A DNA stretch of 64,000 nt from Polymyxa betae A26-41 (taxonomy: Eukaryota; Protista; Endomyxa: Phytomyxea), in the NCBI GenBank assembly GCA_003693705.1, contig RBZT01000954.1:1-64000 (forward strand), given 5' to 3'. Below are positions 37,869-49,479 of the stretch, one piece after another. How positions within the stretch are numbered: the first letter of the stretch is position 1; each line of letters opens with the position of its first letter. The position numbers and the translations under genes were made by a program. The notes under the pieces were generated by a model. That model made no database searches, had not been told where the DNA came from, and saw nothing but the letters and a program-made list of their open reading frames with translations.

Positions 37869-38691
37869 ATGGTCAAGTTCGTGATTGGTTTATTGGCACT
37901 GATAACGTTACTGCATGAACATGTGGTAACAGCATATGCAACAGGATCACCACGATGTGATCTGGAATCTATGATGGCCATGTCTGCATCACCACGGCCT
38001 AATCCCAACATAACATGGTGGCTTGATGTAGCTCCGGAACGTGATTTCAATAATGATACATCTGGACCTGATCTATTCCGAATATCTATCATATCATCAC
38101 AACCGAGGTTGATACCCCAGCTGCACACACATTCGCTTTTTAAAAAGTTTTCACATTTTTTTGAAAAGTTTTCACATTTTTTTGAAAAGTTTTCTTTTTT
38201 CCGAAAAGATTCTAAATGTGATGCTGATTTTGCATCAGTTACACATTTAAAGGATTCCTTCTATTTGCTGAATCATCAAATGGAACTCGGGTCGGTGAAT
38301 GGTTGAATATTGCTGAATCTCGTGCACGCCCTGTCTCGCATCCAGATTGTGATCAGGGTCATACTGTGACGCATTTCGATAACGAGGAGAAGGCCAGTGG
38401 GCTAGTATTCCATTATCGATCACCGGTACCAAACAATCAGAACGAGACCATCAAGATTCGATGCGGTATCGTCTGCTCTGTTGATGAATGGTAATACTGG
38501 ACCCAATCGTGAATGGATTCGCAACCTGTTTTCAATCTGTTTATAATTTCATAATATTGAATATTGGTTTCAGGTATGTAGCACGACCGGCGCTTTTAAA
38601 GCCGAATATGTTGGCTGCAGTTCAATACTTGAACTTAACGGCTCCTACTGTAAATCAGTCGATTACACCCGCACCTGTCTTACCGAATTAG
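37869..38691 (+). CDS. Secreted Reeler-domain protein, 3 exons
   Basis: Signal peptide, then AYATGSPRC; spliced exon 2 reads YTFKGFLLFAESSNGTRVGEW...C...VTHFDNEEK...FHYRSP, matching the Reeler pattern. Confidence 0.8.
38137..38200 (+). repeat. 21-bp tandem repeat inside intron 1 of the Reeler gene
   Basis: TTTTGAAAAGTTTTCACATTT-type unit, about 2.5 copies. Confidence 0.8.
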
Positions 38692-40309
38692 ATCCGCGAT
38701 TAGGGCTAAAATAAACCTCAACATAGAATGTAATTTAAAAATATGACCGACTTTGTATCGCAATTTCGAGACTCTAAGCTCAGATTTCTAAGAACCATGT
38801 CGCCATTATAACTTGTACAAACCCTAACATACAACATCTATTGAATACCAGCTTAGGATTACTTGTGTGCTGCTATCTAGATGGACACTATGCCAGATGT
38901 AACCCTATCGCTGGGTATAAAGCAGCTTATAGACTCCATCGCTACTATAAGTAATGTTACTCAGCATTACTAGATCGACCTGAAGTCTGAAGATGATCTA
39001 ACTCGAGAAATTGCATTGGTAAAAACCCCATAATTGAGATTGTGAAATTTATGATTATCTGGGAAACACAACAATGCAGAACTGGAAGGGGAGATAAGAA
39101 TCACATAAACCAGCTGAATTCCGTGACCTGTATGCATTCGATCAGATTTTAAATGTTAACCTATGACATCATATTCTGCGAGATTCTACCATGTTTCACC
39201 TACAGCAGACGGAAACACGGAATTTCTGTCAAAACCTTAACAAGCCCAAACCCTAAACCCTACAGTTCCAAGGAATTAACAGATCATGTCCACATTGATT
39301 AGAATCAGTTTACGAACTGTTAGAACGACGTCGAGAGATAGTAACATTAACATATAGCACGCTGAGATGGCCTTTGTTTAACGGAACAAGAATTTGACTT
39401 CGTATTTTGCAAATCAACCTCATTTGTCAATCTTCTTCATCGTGCCTTTCTGACCTAGCATACATATGTTTCTAATAATATTCAAGCCAGAGTGTTTTCG
39501 AAAGCAAACCAATATTTTCAAAAGCGTCCTGACCGCACATACCAAAACCTTCTGCTATCCAACGCGTTGTTACTTGTTAGGTTCGAAAAGTTGATCTTCT
39601 TGAACTCTTCCTCCACAAACCCCCAGCCACGCTCTCTGGGAACTTTGAATTTCTCTCCAGTCAGCTTGCGGAGGATCTGTTGACGAAGGTACTTGATCCC
39701 GATATTCATAATACAGGTTACGAACGTGCAGATGTTTGAGGGTGCAGACATCTGGAACCTGCATAACAGAGGTCATTCCGCTTTTAATGAAGACAACAAC
39801 GATGTGTTTGTTCGGATTTCGTTGTGTTTCGGATCCAGTTATCCATGAATGCTAGTTTCAAAACCAAATCTGATCATAAATTGGCAATCCGACAGAACAG
39901 ACTTTCACAGATATAAAAGCGCCTATAAGCGCTCTCCAATCGGAGACGGACAAAATCAGGGGATTGTCGCGGTCGAATTCGAACGCTATTTGGAACGTGT
40001 AATGTTACCCTGTGTACTGACCGTCTTTGTATACTGTTTTGATTCCCGGCTGCACCCCAGCGGGTCTTCAAACCTGCCCAAATATTCTTCGCGCCCTGGA
40101 TACGTTCGATTTTGTTAACGTAGAAATGAAGTGCTTGGTAATTAAAAGTGTGTTAGCTAACTGACAAGTTTATTGGGCTCGTTATCATTGCCGTCATTGT
40201 CAGAGTTGATTCAATTAAAGAGCGCAAGGCGCTGACTCAAAGGTACATACTGGTCGGGGCGGCGAGATCATCAGCAGTTGCGTCAGCATCCTCCATGATC
40301 TTAGCCGCC

Positions 40310-40545
40310 GCGATCAGGTTCTTGGCGTGACGAGAAAAGGCGGCTGTGCCAGTGCCTTTGTGAAAATGTCAACGCATTTTTCCACACAGGGGATATTGTG
40401 CACAGTAATTCCACCCTTCTTCACTTCTCTTCAAATGTAGTGGTACTTGACGTCGATGTGCTTGAATCGGCGCGTCGTCGTCTCGCTCGCTGCCAGCGCG
40501 ATCGCGCTCTGGCTGTCTTCGTGAATGATCGTTGGTCCGGCCGCT
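40310..40545 (-). mobile_element. Ty1/copia RNase H fragment (degenerate)
   Basis: PTIIHEDSQSAIALA...RFKHIDVKYHYI*REVKKGGI...VDIFTKAL with a stop and a frameshift. Confidence 0.85.
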
Positions 40546-43085
40546 ACGGTCGTGTAGCTGGGCTTTGTGTTTATCATCATCGTATCTTCGGCGATTGCAA
40601 TTTCACGAGCCTCTTGTAAACAAGAGATCATTGCGGTCTTACATTTGATGACATTTTCTAGCAGGTCAGCTGATTCGGGACCCGGAAGGAGGAGTTCTTG
40701 CGGTGTCCTCGGGTCACGTCCTCGCTCAAAGAAGAAATGCGTTTCGCCCAAGGTTGGATGGACGCAGGAACGGTAGGTCAGAGAGATAAGACCGACTATT
40801 TCATTCCAATCCGTCTTACTCTTATCGCGATTGCTGAGGGTGGAGTGCGGTGTGGGCGCTCGGCAATGGCGTTGCCTTGCGGTCGATGTGCGACAGCTGT
40901 TACCAGCTTGAGTCCGACTGCCTTTGACATCGCGCCAAACAAGTGAGAGCGGAATGACTAGGCTCTGTCGCTCGTGAACTGGGTTGGAAAGAATCTTGTG
41001 TAATCAGGTCCAGGAGGGCTGTTGCGGCTGCATGGGCTCGTTTGTCTTTTACTGGGATAAAGCGAACGGATCGGGACGACCGCCGTCAGTATGTACAGGA
41101 AGTTACCGTTGAACGATTTGTTAAGCGATCCGAAGTGGTCGATATGGATCTTACTCCAGGGCGGCGAGAATGCAGGTTTTTGTCTCAGCATCGATCCAGC
41201 ACGAGCTTAGTAATTTTCGTTTTTTTTTTGCACATAAAGCACGCGTTAACAAGTGTGCGAACGTCAGATGTTATGAATTAGCACAAGCTAGATAAGAAAT
41301 AAAGAGATAGATAAGAAATAAAGAGAAGATAAGAGAGAATTGAAGGGGAGAAATAGAAGAGAAAGGTAGAAGGGAGGCTAGACGAATAGGATGCTAGAAG
41401 ACGAGGCGAGACGAGACGAACCAGGTTAGTAAAAACGCACGTTGATCGGACTGAAGGATATAAATGTAAACCGTCACAGAAGATATTTTCCGTATCGTGA
41501 ATCAAAGTCGAGACAAGGTCATGACATCAGATGTCATACCGGGCCAGTAGGCGAACTTCTGGAGGAGCTGGAGCGTTCTGTTCTGTCTGAAGTGTGCGCA
41601 TGGCCGTGTGCTGCGTGCAATCTGCATGTACTGGCTACGAAATGCTGAAGGGATCAACATCTGCAAGCTGTTGCGGTTTGGGTATCAGCGTCTGTCGTCT
41701 GAGGAGGCGGTGTTCGTCGCGCTCTGCACCGGGAATGCCAGTTAAGGTTCGGGCATCGTTTTGTGCTTGGGTGAGTTTTTGTAGGTCTATCTCGATAGGG
41801 ATGGCTGAGTCCAGGAGGAGGTTGAGGGTCAGGATATCTTCAAACAGATGCGGGTCGTTTTCCACGATGTCTGATTTCTCAATACAATAGGGTTCCGCAT
41901 GGCAACGAGATAATGCATCGGCGTCGGTGTGAGACATCGAAAGATTCGAGTTCGTTGACGATACGCTGGAATTTTGCGTCATCCTGCCTTTTCCGGAGAA
42001 ATGCGAGCGACAGGTGGTCCGATACGACTTTGAAGTGGATGCCCTCGAGATAAGGACGCCAGCGTTTAATCGCATACCACAAGGCTACTGCTTCGACCCT
42101 CCAAGCGGAATAGGCAAATTCTTTCCCTTGGCATCGTCGGGATAGATAGACGACAGGGCACTTGTTTCCGTCATCATCAAATTGGGTTAATACGGCCCCA
42201 ATCGCGAGGTGAGGAGAATCTATTATAATCGAAAAGGTCTTACTGAAGTCTGGATATCGCAGGACGGGGGCTGAAGCGAGACAATTCCTCAATTAATCAA
42301 AAACTTCCTGTTGGTCTCGATCCCAGACGAAGGTGGCACCTTTCCGTAGTAACTGCGTCAGCGGTGCGGAAATTTGGCGAATCGGACGATGTAGAAACGG
42401 TAGTACCCGGAAAAACCGAGAAATCAGCGAACGTGGGCGGCCGCGCGTGGTGGGCTGCGGGAAGACCCTGCAATACCTAAGAAAGAACGCACGCCATCTC
42501 TAGAGTAAGGCCTAGGAAACTGTTTGATGGCCTGATCTAATCTGTCGTCGGGAGAGATTCCATCGTTGCTGACACAATGTGCCAGGTACGTAACCTTTTG
42601 CATCAGCATTGTAGGCTTCTTCGGGTTTACCTTGACGCCTGCCTCTCGGATCCGCTCGAAAATGCTGCGAACAGGGCCTCAAGACCGACTCGGCCGATAG
42701 TTTTATGTCGTATCATGAATCCGACTTTAACAGCCAAAGTGAATCAGAGTCGGACTCACAAGATTCCGACTACGGATGAGATGATGGCGTCACCGATAAA
42801 AAAGCAAAAAAAAGGACGAATCGCTCATCTGGTTTGATGCCTTTTGGCGTGACAATGTGCCCGGGGTATGTCAGAGAGCGGCGTGCAAATTTACACTTAG
42901 CTGGCAGTGCTCTGAGACAATTTGCGTGAAGCCGCTGGAGGACGTCTCAAATCGCAGAAATGTAGTTGTCAAAAGTTTCAGTGGTAAAAATCAGGATATC
43001 GTCCAGATAGACCAAACAATTATTCCAAGTTATGCCAGTGAGGACGAGATCCATTTAACGCTGGAAGGTGGTTGGAGCAAGGATG
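40546..43085 (-). mobile_element. Degenerate Ty3/gypsy pol relic (RT, RNase H, integrase), a mosaic of fragments
   Basis: APTTFQR*MDLVL...CLVYLDDILIF; VTYLAHCVS.DGISPD; FLG..GYYR; APVLRYPDF...AIGAVLTQ...EAVAL.YAIKRWRPYLEG..FKVVSDH; ADALSR; YWPGM; IHIDHFG; TSDRA; AHRPQGNAIAER. Confidence 0.93.
41269..41526. mobile_element. Solo LTR (258 bp) with a 5-bp target-site duplication
   Basis: TGTTATGA...TCATGACA termini flanked by TCAGA at 41264-41268 and 41527-41531. Removing it restores the integrase zinc-finger sequence YWPGMTSDVRTLVNACFMC. Confidence 0.9.
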
Positions 43086-43198
43086 CTGGCTGAGCTATGG
43101 GACCTGGGCGACAGCAGCCAACAGATGGAGCGTTCGCGTGCCAATAACGACACTCATATCAAGAATGTGAAAGCAGATCTGGATATTCTGGAATCGCT

Positions 43199-43248
43199 CA
43201 GAGCGCCTCTGTGTCCTCCAGCACAGAGCGCCTCTGTGTCCTTCAGCA
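43199..43248 (+). repeat. 25-bp tandem duplication
   Basis: CAGAGCGCCTCTGTGTCCT(C/T)CAGCA twice. Confidence 0.85.
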
Positions 43249-43289
43249 TAGGAAAGAGTCGCAATGAAACTGACAACTCGAAATAATGT

Positions 43290-43950
43290 TGCGCAGTTTC
43301 ACTTTGAACTATAATGCGCTGGTCAGATACGTACCGTATTTGGCTTTTGCCTTTTGCGGAGTTTTGCCACAAACTGTTTACAAAAACGATGCGCAAAGAA
43401 AATTGCGCCACAACGCACTTTGTAATGGGCGGGAATGTGGCTCTCCGATCTTTGCGAAGAACACTTGAAATTTGGGCAACTCATGAAATTGTTACAGAAT
43501 GATCTGCTTGCTCTAATAAAGCAGAATATTCGGTACCTTATATCCGATTGGACTCTTAATGCTACACTTGTAGAGCTGATTCAACGATATCGTCAATCTC
43601 AAGACGCTCGTGTGAAGCCTGCTTGGCTCTTGGCTGTTATCTATGCTCAAAAAATGGCTCCTGATATAATGAAGAATCGGTTAGCGGCCTTGATGAGATC
43701 GCTGTGCTTACTCAAGTTCAGCCCGACGCTAAACACTGGATCCCAAGAAATAGCATTCAGGCAAACATCCAAAACCTCGCTATACAGCAAGTCAATCCCT
43801 GTCGTTTGCTGACAATTTGCGGAGAAATTGTTGCAATTTCGTGGCGAACTACAGCAAATGTGCAGCAACTTGATCAAAAACAATCAGGGACGTGTCATGT
43901 TTCAATAATTGATAGCAGTCTAGGACCAGTCCGGAATCGGATCCAATTCT
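43290..43950 (+). pseudogene. Decayed coding-like fragment of unknown family
   Basis: Overlapping short ORFs in shifting frames; the 125-aa piece 43435-43812 looks protein-like. Confidence 0.3.
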
Positions 43951-44570
43951 AATAGCGGACTCGTCGATTGCTTCGGCTGGACAGCAAGCACAATTGCGTC
44001 TGTCGGTTGAGACTCAAAAATTCTTGGAATACTTTTGAAAGCGGAATTCAGCGAGTGCTGAATTCAACGGAATAGAATGTAAAAGCAATATCTGTGGCCG
44101 ATCTGTGTGCATCACAACAGCTGCTTTGTGTAACTGAGCAGGAGAGAATCCCAAGGCAGCGACACGTATGGCTGCAGGCTAAGTACTGTGCTTAAAGTTC
44201 AAATATGATATCTATTGGCCATTCTTCATCGAACATGCTCGAACTACAAACAATTTGCATTGCCTGAAACGAAAAAACCAAAATGTGGCCTTAACCAGAG
44301 TGAGTGATTGAGGAAGTGACTGCCTAGCCCTAATAGGGTGCAACTTTGTGTACAAGTTGGTTACGGGTATCGTACAGTCAAGCTGAAGGTCTGATTGCGC
44401 AGGTTCCATCTCCATGCTGTGTCTTTCTCTCTGTTATGAGAAGTACTTTGGGGTTTATGTCACGCAGTTTTGTATTTGCGCAATATTTCTCATTCTGACA
44501 TTCTGATTTTCATGATCTCGACTGAACCCGTCCCCTTCATTGTTGTTGCGGTATTAACCTCCACTTCTGT

Positions 44571-45930
44571 ATGGCGACTGATAGACCTGTAACATTCCCC
44601 TTCATTATTAATGAAGAGAATTTCGGTTACTTCGATTGGGATAAACGCGATCTGATGTCAGCAGCAGAAACTGGTGATCTCGAGTTCCTCCATCAGTTGG
44701 AAACCCAATTCGGTGGATTATTTTATAATTCTTCTGTTGCTTTCGCTGCTTTAAAAGCGCGACATTTTGAATTCTGGGCTAAACTGGTCACATTATGTCG
44801 CTCGACCTGTATAGCCAGGCTGCCATTACAAAACGGCAGTGAATGGGAATATTATCTGACGCCCGTCGAGAATTTATTTTCACCCAACATTGATGACGAT
44901 CTGCGATTTATTGCATTCAAATTTGTTGTGGAAGGATTCATTAAGCAACTGCCAATGAGAGAGGATATTGTCACTGATCCGAACTCATGTTACGAACTAC
45001 CTCCTGATCGTTATTCATTCTTGGTCTCTGGACAATTTCCGTACTATCCCCGATGATATTCCCGGCCAATATGATTTTATCTCTTGTTCAATATGCAATG
45101 GGCGGGAAAAGATTCTCAAATATCTTCTGGAAGAAGTTGGAGCGCGTTGTCTCCTTCGACATCTTCAAGATATCGTGATGCGATTTCGTCCTGATCTGTA
45201 TGAACTAGTTCGTAATCATTTACGTCCTGAAATATCTGCTATTCCTCCTGCATGTCAATATCGTCAACCAGATGATGCAGATTTTATGAATCAGATCATG
45301 GATGCCGCTCTCGCTATAGAAAAGCGAGATAACGCTCACGTGGATCTCATCGAATTCTTGAACTATAATCCGGAATTCATTCAGAAACTTCCATCAGCAA
45401 TGAAATTCTTTCGAGATGTTTCTTGCGGAGCCTTCGATATTGATCAAACTCCAAAATGGATGGAGATCTTTTTTCTGACCAAAAGCAATGTTCCGGATGC
45501 CCTGAAGGTATTAGATCGAGCTCTTGATCATTTCCGAGATGAAATCGGGCATGAGATCATCAATCTTGATATATCGGGGACTCCCTTGTCCTATCGTGTT
45601 TTCAATCGAGATATTTATTTTGACGGTATTTTGTGATATCAATGAGATAATCCAGAATGATATTTTCTGATATGCTATCAGATAAATTTAGACCTGAAGA
45701 TGAACTTATCATTCGTGACGAATATGATTATTTCAATGGTCTGTATCATGATATTATACTGAATGATCTCTATTTGGTCTCTCATACCTTCTATTAGATA
45801 TTGTATATCTATCGGATGGTTATGATTCATGTGAGTATTATGACGATGCTTATTACTCTTCTTCTGCTTCGGACGATAATGCCTCTTCAATTAATGATGA
45901 TCATGATGATGATTTTAACAGTTTACCAGA
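44571..45930 (+). pseudogene. Frameshifted gene with ankyrin-like helical repeats
   Basis: LMSAAETGDLEFLHQL and SICNGREKILKYLLEEVGA lie in two overlapping frames; the coding-like tail beyond 45636 has stops. Confidence 0.5.
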
Positions 45931-48158
45931 AGGTTGATATTTTGTAAGTTGTTTGCTTGATTCAATATTGACCTATTACAGATTAGGTATTTGTTGAGCT
46001 TAAGATCTTTTTGTTCTTGAATAGAATCTCAGTTCAATTTTATCCATAAGCTAATGATGTCAAAATAGATTTTGGTTTGAAATCAGAAAAGTATGATATT
46101 ATCGAAATTTGTAAAGTTGTCTGAGTGATAATCATGAACGCATTGTTACAGAGCTCAATTATAGAGTGAGTCTGAATGTAACATTACACACAGATTTGTC
46201 TTTGATCAATAACCTGTACTGATTTAGTGCTTTCTGGTGTGAGACAGACCCGATAGTTGGCGACGAATACGACAGAAACTTTGGGCAGCATCGGTGGTGA
46301 GCTCGGCGGGAGACCATGGCGGCGACAGTTGGCTGGACGGACGCGGGGTATAACGACTTCTGCCAGATGAAGCGGCGATGATGGAGAGCAAGATAGTGAC
46401 TGATCATTGTGTTTTGTTAATACTGAGCTCAATGAGATCGCGGCTTTCTGAAATTATCAAATTCCACAAAATATGCAATTAAAGTTCGATTTTGGACAAA
46501 AAAGTGCTTATCGTCCATTGACATTTATATACTGGAATTTCAAAATTATTTCGAGGGTTAGCTGTTCATACTTATGGGTGTTGAAATCGCATTGTCAGTC
46601 CCTTCGTCTCCGATGTTTTCGGCTAACAAAAGATCTAGTTTCGCAGGACATGTCGATATCGCGGAAACAGGCTGACTAGTTAATGTGCTTTTCACACCAC
46701 CATCAACTTTTACATTTCAAATACCTTGATGTTATATCATGTATCAACGCTAACAAAGCTCGCCGAGTAGCAACTGCGCTAATTGAGCAACTTTTGTTAT
46801 TCGTTGTCGTAGGCTAGCTATTGTCCTCCACGCGTCTAAACTACTTTTAATGATCAAATTTCTATAGAAACAGATCTTTTAAAACGGTTTAAGTACATTG
46901 CAGGGGCAGTTAGGGTTTTTTGCGCAAGTACAGTGGTTACGAGACCGATTCGGAGTCGAAAGTCGATTACCGCATTGTAATGTCGTTTCATTTTATAATA
47001 ATGCAGTTACGGAGACTCATTGGTGGGCAAATCTTTCTGTCTGTCGACAGATCAGACGGGCAGCAGCTGTCGGCAGATGCTGCCCGTCACTAGCCGTCGC
47101 TGATCTATAGCGCTTTTTACAAACGCCTTCTCATATAGATACCGGTATGTCCCTATCGATCGACCCAATTTTGTTTATTCTAGCTATGATAGCAATGAAC
47201 CAGCTGATCGCGAGCGCTAGCAATCACGACGCCTGACTTTCAATGAAGCCCGGCGAACTCATTCAGCCAGCCCATATTTTGGCTGTTGTTTTGTCCCCTA
47301 GCAAAAGCAGCAGACCACATTTTGATGACAGAATCCGATCTGCTCTTGCGAATTTCCTAATGCAAGAAACGCAGACCGTCATTGCTCCGCCTGCCTATAC
47401 TTTGATAGCGTCGAGCGACGGACATAGAAACGGCAAGACCATAGAGAAGTTTAACGCGGCAATCGCTGGAAAGCGTCCGGATATAGTTCTCAATAGTTGA
47501 TTACAGAAAGTGTTACATAAATCATATCAGTATCAGACAGCGCTCGAAGTCAACATTTGGCGATATACGGTACAGTCCTCTTTCTCTATAACGTCAATCT
47601 TTATAACAACATCTCCATAGAAGCCCGATAATGTTACATTGTACGGATATTGTTCTATAGATTCTCTATAACCGTATAACGACATAAATGACAAGGCGGC
47701 GCGGCCATGTCTGTCAGATGAGATTCTTATGGGGCTCATTGATTATCATCTCGATTCTTTACCATTGCCTCGTCACCTTAAGACTAGCCAACTAGAGGGT
47801 TAGCATTGCGTCTGGCGCTCGAACGCCTTTATCATATGGCCTCTACTCCTTCGAGAAAGAGAGGGTCGTTCAGGATAACCGAGAATCAGCTGATTTGCCG
47901 AGAATACAATGATAACATCAAAGAGAAAAAAACTAGAATCGCAGAGCTGGATTCTGAAAGATTGGGTTATTCCTCTCAACTATTTCTGACTTTGTTTGAG
48001 ACCTAAGGGACCTTGGAAGTACGAGAAACATGTGAGCAAACTGACGTTAACGGCGACAAATCCAAGCGCATCGAAACGTTTTGTTAAGCACTTTTCGGGA
48101 TAACCCCCAAGAACTGCCATAAGAGCTTCAAGAAGTTTGTAAAGCTTTAATTTTGTAT

Positions 48159-49319
48159 CTATTCGAGAAAAACGATTCCTGTAATTGCTGCGAAAGCACA
48201 TCGAAGCGGAATTAGCATCAAATGGCCAGGTTCCTGAACCAGAAACTGAATCTGTGCCATTTCCTGTTGGCAATGTTGACGCCGTTCTTGAGACCGAATG
48301 GTCCATAGCCCGTTAGGAACCCAAAATATTTTTATAACGACAGTGTCGTCATTAAGAAAGAAAACCCCGTCAGTGTCGTTATATAGAGGGAAGACGGTAG
48401 ATCGACTGCGGGTGACGGGCAGCATCTGCCGACACCTGCCGCTGTTGGAATCTTCACTGTCAAGGTAATATTCACAGTTAATTGTGAACATGAGATGAAG
48501 GATGATTCCGTTATCATGGGCCAGAGCAATACAGTGTGCTTCAGAGCAGCATCCACAAGGCGCGCAAGCTTTCGAATTCAATCTTCTTAAGCCTGATTCT
48601 AGGTCGAACAATTTCTCATATAAATGAGCTTCGAAACGGGCAATTCTCGTTGAATGCATGAAGTCATCAAGCTGGTATTTGAAGGACTCCTGAGGGAATG
48701 TTGCTGCCAGATTTTTGAAGAGAGGCGCTGCGTTATTCGATTCTTCAGTGGCTTTTTGGATTGCTGTCAGAAGTTTAGTGTTGAACCCAAACACGAGTTG
48801 AGGTTCTCCTGATTGAGTTAATCCAATTCCCATTGCGATCATCGAAGTACCCAGTTTCTGGGCATTTCCAGATGCCGCATTCGAATTCCGCTGTTTTGGC
48901 TTGAGAAATTCTACAACATCTTTATGCTGAAGTAATGCATGCTGTGACATTCGGGTAAATACGGCAGTCTGAATATAAAACAACTCCAGAACAATGGACG
49001 CAAATTGATCCGAGACATTTTCCGGCATCATTTTGGCATCTCGAAGACTTTGAATAAATCCAGTAAATCTCATGTCCATGTGGTGAGTGCCAAGTACTTC
49101 GATAAATTCATCGAATTCTTTCTTCTCGGAATCGAGTACTGTAAAAACCTTCAGTACATTATACAAACAAATGGGAGAGATCAGAGACCTTGCTGTTGTG
49201 ATAGAAGAGCCCGTGATTGTAGCTAAATTTCATTTTTAGAAATCAAGACGAAATTGCCTACAAAGAAGAACTTACAGTTGGTACCAGTCGAGGAGGATCA
49301 ATATCAGAAATAAAACCAT
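48159..49319 (-). CDS. Putative secreted protein with a deaminase-like CxE / (C)xxC arrangement, probably 3 exons
   Basis: 335-aa ORF. Two small upstream exons splice in frame to give MVLFLILILLDWYQLYNHGLFYHNSK-VFTVLDSE. Motifs SMIAMG...LVFGFN, GCCSEAHC and ERRQHCQ. Confidence 0.55.
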
Positions 49320-49479
49320 TATTCTACTAAGCAGTTAGAGACCAGATTCTAATTGGAAATATTACAGATATATACAGTACCGTTGTATGACCCCGGATAG
49401 AAGAAACACGATCATTATTCTGATAAAATGTTTTTAGAAAAGAGCGTCAAGTGCAAATTTTCATTTCTTACAGAACGGA

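Noticed and set aside
47055-47095. Helitron 3' end (hairpin plus CTAG)
   Set aside because: CTAG lies only 1 nt after the stem, is not followed by T, and no Rep/helicase remnants are visible.
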